This document shows positions 49,790 to 52,951 of a stretch of DNA of 52,951 nucleotides, piece by piece (position 1 is the first letter of the stretch; each line of letters starts with the position of its first letter). Location of the stretch: NCBI GenBank assembly GCA_003427395.1, contig BFEA01000034.1:3937668-3990618 (forward strand). The letters run 5' to 3'. Made by a program: the position numbers and the translations under genes. The DNA is from Chara braunii (taxonomy: Eukaryota; Plantae; Charophyceae). The notes beneath the pieces were generated by a model. It was not told the origin of the DNA and did not search any database. It worked only from the letters and a program-made list of their open reading frames with translations.

Positions 49790-50072
49790 CCCCCACCCGC
49801 CCCTCCCTATTTCTCGTCCCGGATTCCACAGAAATTGCGCGGGAATACCATTTCGTCGGCTACAACAACAATGAACCCGCACCACTGCCAATGATCGACG
49901 GACTGGACAACAAGTCTGCCCTCAACTACAACAAAAAACACCTAAAAACAACCTGTCCGCAACGGCGAACCCTCCGAAGCAATCATGCGCATAAGAGGAA
50001 GACGTAGGCGTTGTCGATCGATGATGGCGGAACACGAGTTGAAGGGGACAAACAGGCCGGCGGCAGGCAGGA

Positions 50073-51424
50073 TCACATGTGTTTCATTCGCTCCGCCAGC
50101 GCATTGCGGAGCGAGTGAGCCGCGTGCGTCGAAGTCAACATCGTCACCGGCTGCGGGGGACGATGAATCCCCAGGTCCACGCGACGCCTCACCCCGTTCT
50201 CATCGACCTCCCACAACAAATTCTCGTTGAACTCGATACCGGCATCGAGCAGGATGTTGTGGAGAATGCAGACTGCCGTGAACTGTTGCAGTAGAGTGTC
50301 GAGGTTCGTCTTGTGCGTCCGAAGGAAGAGCCTCTACATCCCCTTCAACCTCCCGAGCACCCTCTCCACAACACCTCTTGCGACCTTCTGTTTCGTGTCG
50401 AACCTTTCCTCGTCCGGGTGCTGACTGATTCCTCCGTATGACACCACTACCCATTCAGAAGGAGGATACCCGTTGTCGCCCAAGATGTATCCGTTCGTCC
50501 TCACCCCTCTCGGCAGCGTGACAAGCGGCCCTCGAAACAACAGTCCCTCTTCCGCTCGCCTCGACAGACTTGACAGCTGGATCACCCTAATGTCGTGGCA
50601 GCTCCCAGGATATCCAACGAACACGTCAAGCACGCGCAGATCCAGGTCCACCACCACTTGCGCAATGACGGAGAAATGGTGCTTGCGGTCGAAGTAGTTC
50701 TCGCTCAGCGCGTTCGCCGGTTTGTCCACGTAGATGTGTGTGCAGTCAACTGCGCCATGGCAGTTGGGAAAACCCTTCTCCAGAAACGCCTGTAGCACGA
50801 CGTGTTTCCGCAGCCCAGTCGGCCACGATATCTTGTCCCCGTACGCCCTCAACAAAGCGGCTGTCACATCGCGCACAGCTCGAACTCCAGAAGTCTTGCC
50901 TATGCCGAAGGATGATGTGCTGTTCTCGTATGACTCTCCTGTAGCCCACCTATAGAGCGCGTACGCGACGATCTGCTCTGGCTGAAGTGGTTCCCTGTAA
51001 AACGTCACCTGTCATTGCAAATGAGGCGCACAGGCTTCGCTGATCTCCATGAACACTCTCCTGGACATGCGGAGCTTTTCACGGAAGTAGTCGTCTGTCG
51101 CGTCATCGCACACCCGCAAATCCTCCCAAGTCCCGCCAGTTCTCCGCCTCATCCACCAACGTGGCGTCGCCCGAGGAAGCAAACCGCACCCGATTGCAGC
51201 GCACAGCTGAACCACGGCCTCCGAAGTGGCGATGCAGTCCGGGGCGTCCAACACCCTCTGCAACAGAAGCCTCTGCCGCCGCCTCGAAAGCGCTGCCTTC
51301 ATGCGCCCGGCCCGGCCGCCCTCTCCAATTGGAAATGACGGACAACGACAACTGCAGCCGCCGCGACAGCTGTCTTCTCCCTCGTCGACAACACAACACG
51401 GACATCGCCATCGCAGCCCTCCAT
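50073..51424 (-). pseudogene. PIF/Harbinger (HARBI1/ALP1-like, DDE_Tnp_4) transposase, inactivated
   Basis: FREKLRMSRRVF, ALYRWATGESY HTH, GAVDCTHI (D), PGSCHD, LGDNGY (D), RGVVERVLGRLKG (E), CILHN; stops TGA 51012-51014 and TAG 50334-50336; 5-bp duplication frameshift near 51306-51315. Confidence 0.93.
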
Positions 51425-52129
51425 GACGCCCTTCCAACACGAAAAACAACGTCCACAGCCACCCACCTGCGTGTACCTCTGCCACCACGATTGAAGACGC
51501 CTGCAACCAGGTGAGGAGGACAGCCCTGCCTAACGATGTTCTGCCCCGGTTGGAGCGTCCGCCCACCACCGCTGAAGTAAGGAACCGCCGCGCGGCTCCA
51601 CGTGGCGAGCGCAACTGCTGATCAGACGTCTTCGTTTTGCCGCGTCGACCACACTTGAGCGTTTCGCCGCGTTGACCACAGTGGTGGTGCGGCGGCGCAG
51701 AAATACGCAACGCGATGGAAACCGAAACCCTGCGAGGCGTGGACTGCCCCCTCGACGACCCGCCTGTGCGCCGCCACCACGTCGCTACGCAAGAAGAAAA
51801 TTCGAATTTCGAATTTCGAACGGGGCCGTTCCCGCCTTGCCGATTTTCTTTTCCAGGGCCCGTGACGCATTCCCGTTGTTCGCCTTTTGGACCACCACGA
51901 CTCCTACACGGACATCCTGATTCGGAGGCCGGACAAGCCCCTCGCGGCCGTCTGTAATCTCATGAAACTGGCCGCGGGAGGGCCCCGAGGATTCGTCCTC
52001 GGGGCGATTCTCCGAGGACAGGTGGAATGACACCTCGAAAAATCAATCTTGGACCCCGGCCTGTTCCATTTCCGGGTAGACTGTGAGGACCCCGGCCTCA
52101 AAATCTTATTGGCAATTCAAGTGCTGTTC

Positions 52130-52181
<52 letters not shown>

Positions 52182-52951
52182 GGACCATGAATCTTGCCTT
52201 TGAAATGGAAATGTACATTGTACACCACAAATTGGAAATGTACATTGTACACCACAAATTAGATCCATCTTGGATCCTATGCCATCGTGTCAGTGTTGAT
52301 CATGGTGTACGCGGTGTTTCCCTTGATGCTTGTCCTCCCCTCTCTCTTTCCCTTCCGTCCTATCTGCTTGCATCGATCCGTTTTATCCTTGTAGTCTCCC
52401 CTCCTGCTATTACGCGCCAGGTGTGTCGCTCCCCGTTTGCACCCCCCCCCCCCCCCCAGTCGATGCCTCTTGACTCCGTCGTTTTCCTCCTCCCTGCCGC
52501 CCGTTGAGAGCATCACCACAAGCAAGGTCGTTAAAAATTTTGCGAACAAACAATGCAGGCTCATAATAGCCTCTGCTGCTACTCAATGAAGGGTGGGGGA
52601 TGATGAGAAAGGGAGGCACAGCTACTGGCAGGTCCCGGTCTTTGTGTTAGCCAGACCCCCACTGGCGGCCCCAACCCTATACCCTAACCATTAGGGGCAA
52701 GGGGCAACATGAAATCTCCCCTTCACAGAGAGAGGAAACTATGCTTGCAGGGGTCCCCTCTAGATAGTCTTAGGAGTAGGTAGTAGTTGAGAGAAGAATA
52801 TAGAAAAAAAAAAAAAAAAAAAAAAGGGGGAAAAAAAAAAGAAAAAAAGCATGGCAACCGCGGACCCGGACCTGGACCCGGACATGTCTGGACCGAGGCC
52901 CAGACATTTGTCTGGACTGGTCCAGACATCTGGGAATCTGGACAGGCACCG

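Larger units (their letters stand above)
43640..52031. mobile_element. Decayed three-gene PIF/Harbinger DNA transposon
   Basis: Convergent Myb-like (+) and DDE transposase (-) genes; 22-bp inverted repeat (21/22 match) GTCRTTCCACCTGTCCTCGGAG at 43640-43661 and 52010-52031; CGAGGA/TCCTCG palindrome arrays at both ends; exact termini and TSD unresolved. Confidence 0.85.

Overview
Eukaryotic, repeat-dense nuclear DNA of a streptophyte (plant-type U2 snRNA, SYP1 syntaxin, plastid 16S fragment, multi-kb TE-filled introns). It strongly resembles a charophyte alga such as Chara; this is an inference. Host genes: the first coding exon of a SYP1-type Qa-SNARE syntaxin (minus) and four spliced exons of an RRM RNA-binding protein (minus). 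The main mobile feature is a ~8.4-kb decayed PIF/Harbinger transposon (~43.6-52.0 kb). Besides the canonical DDE transposase and Myb/SANT(trihelix)-like gene, it carries a third ~533-codon gene of unrecognised family. The window also holds an intact minimal type I hammerhead ribozyme plus a second degenerate hammerhead family (Penelope-like signature). Other content includes several MITE families (hAT-like with 8-bp TSD, Harbinger-like with TWA TSD, and an unclassified TTAA-flanked family with ACCACCAGTAC termini), a U2 snRNA retrocopy with TSD, degenerate 16S/18S/28S rRNA fragments and many tandem/simple repeats. Most ORFs in the supplied track are spurious low-complexity frames.
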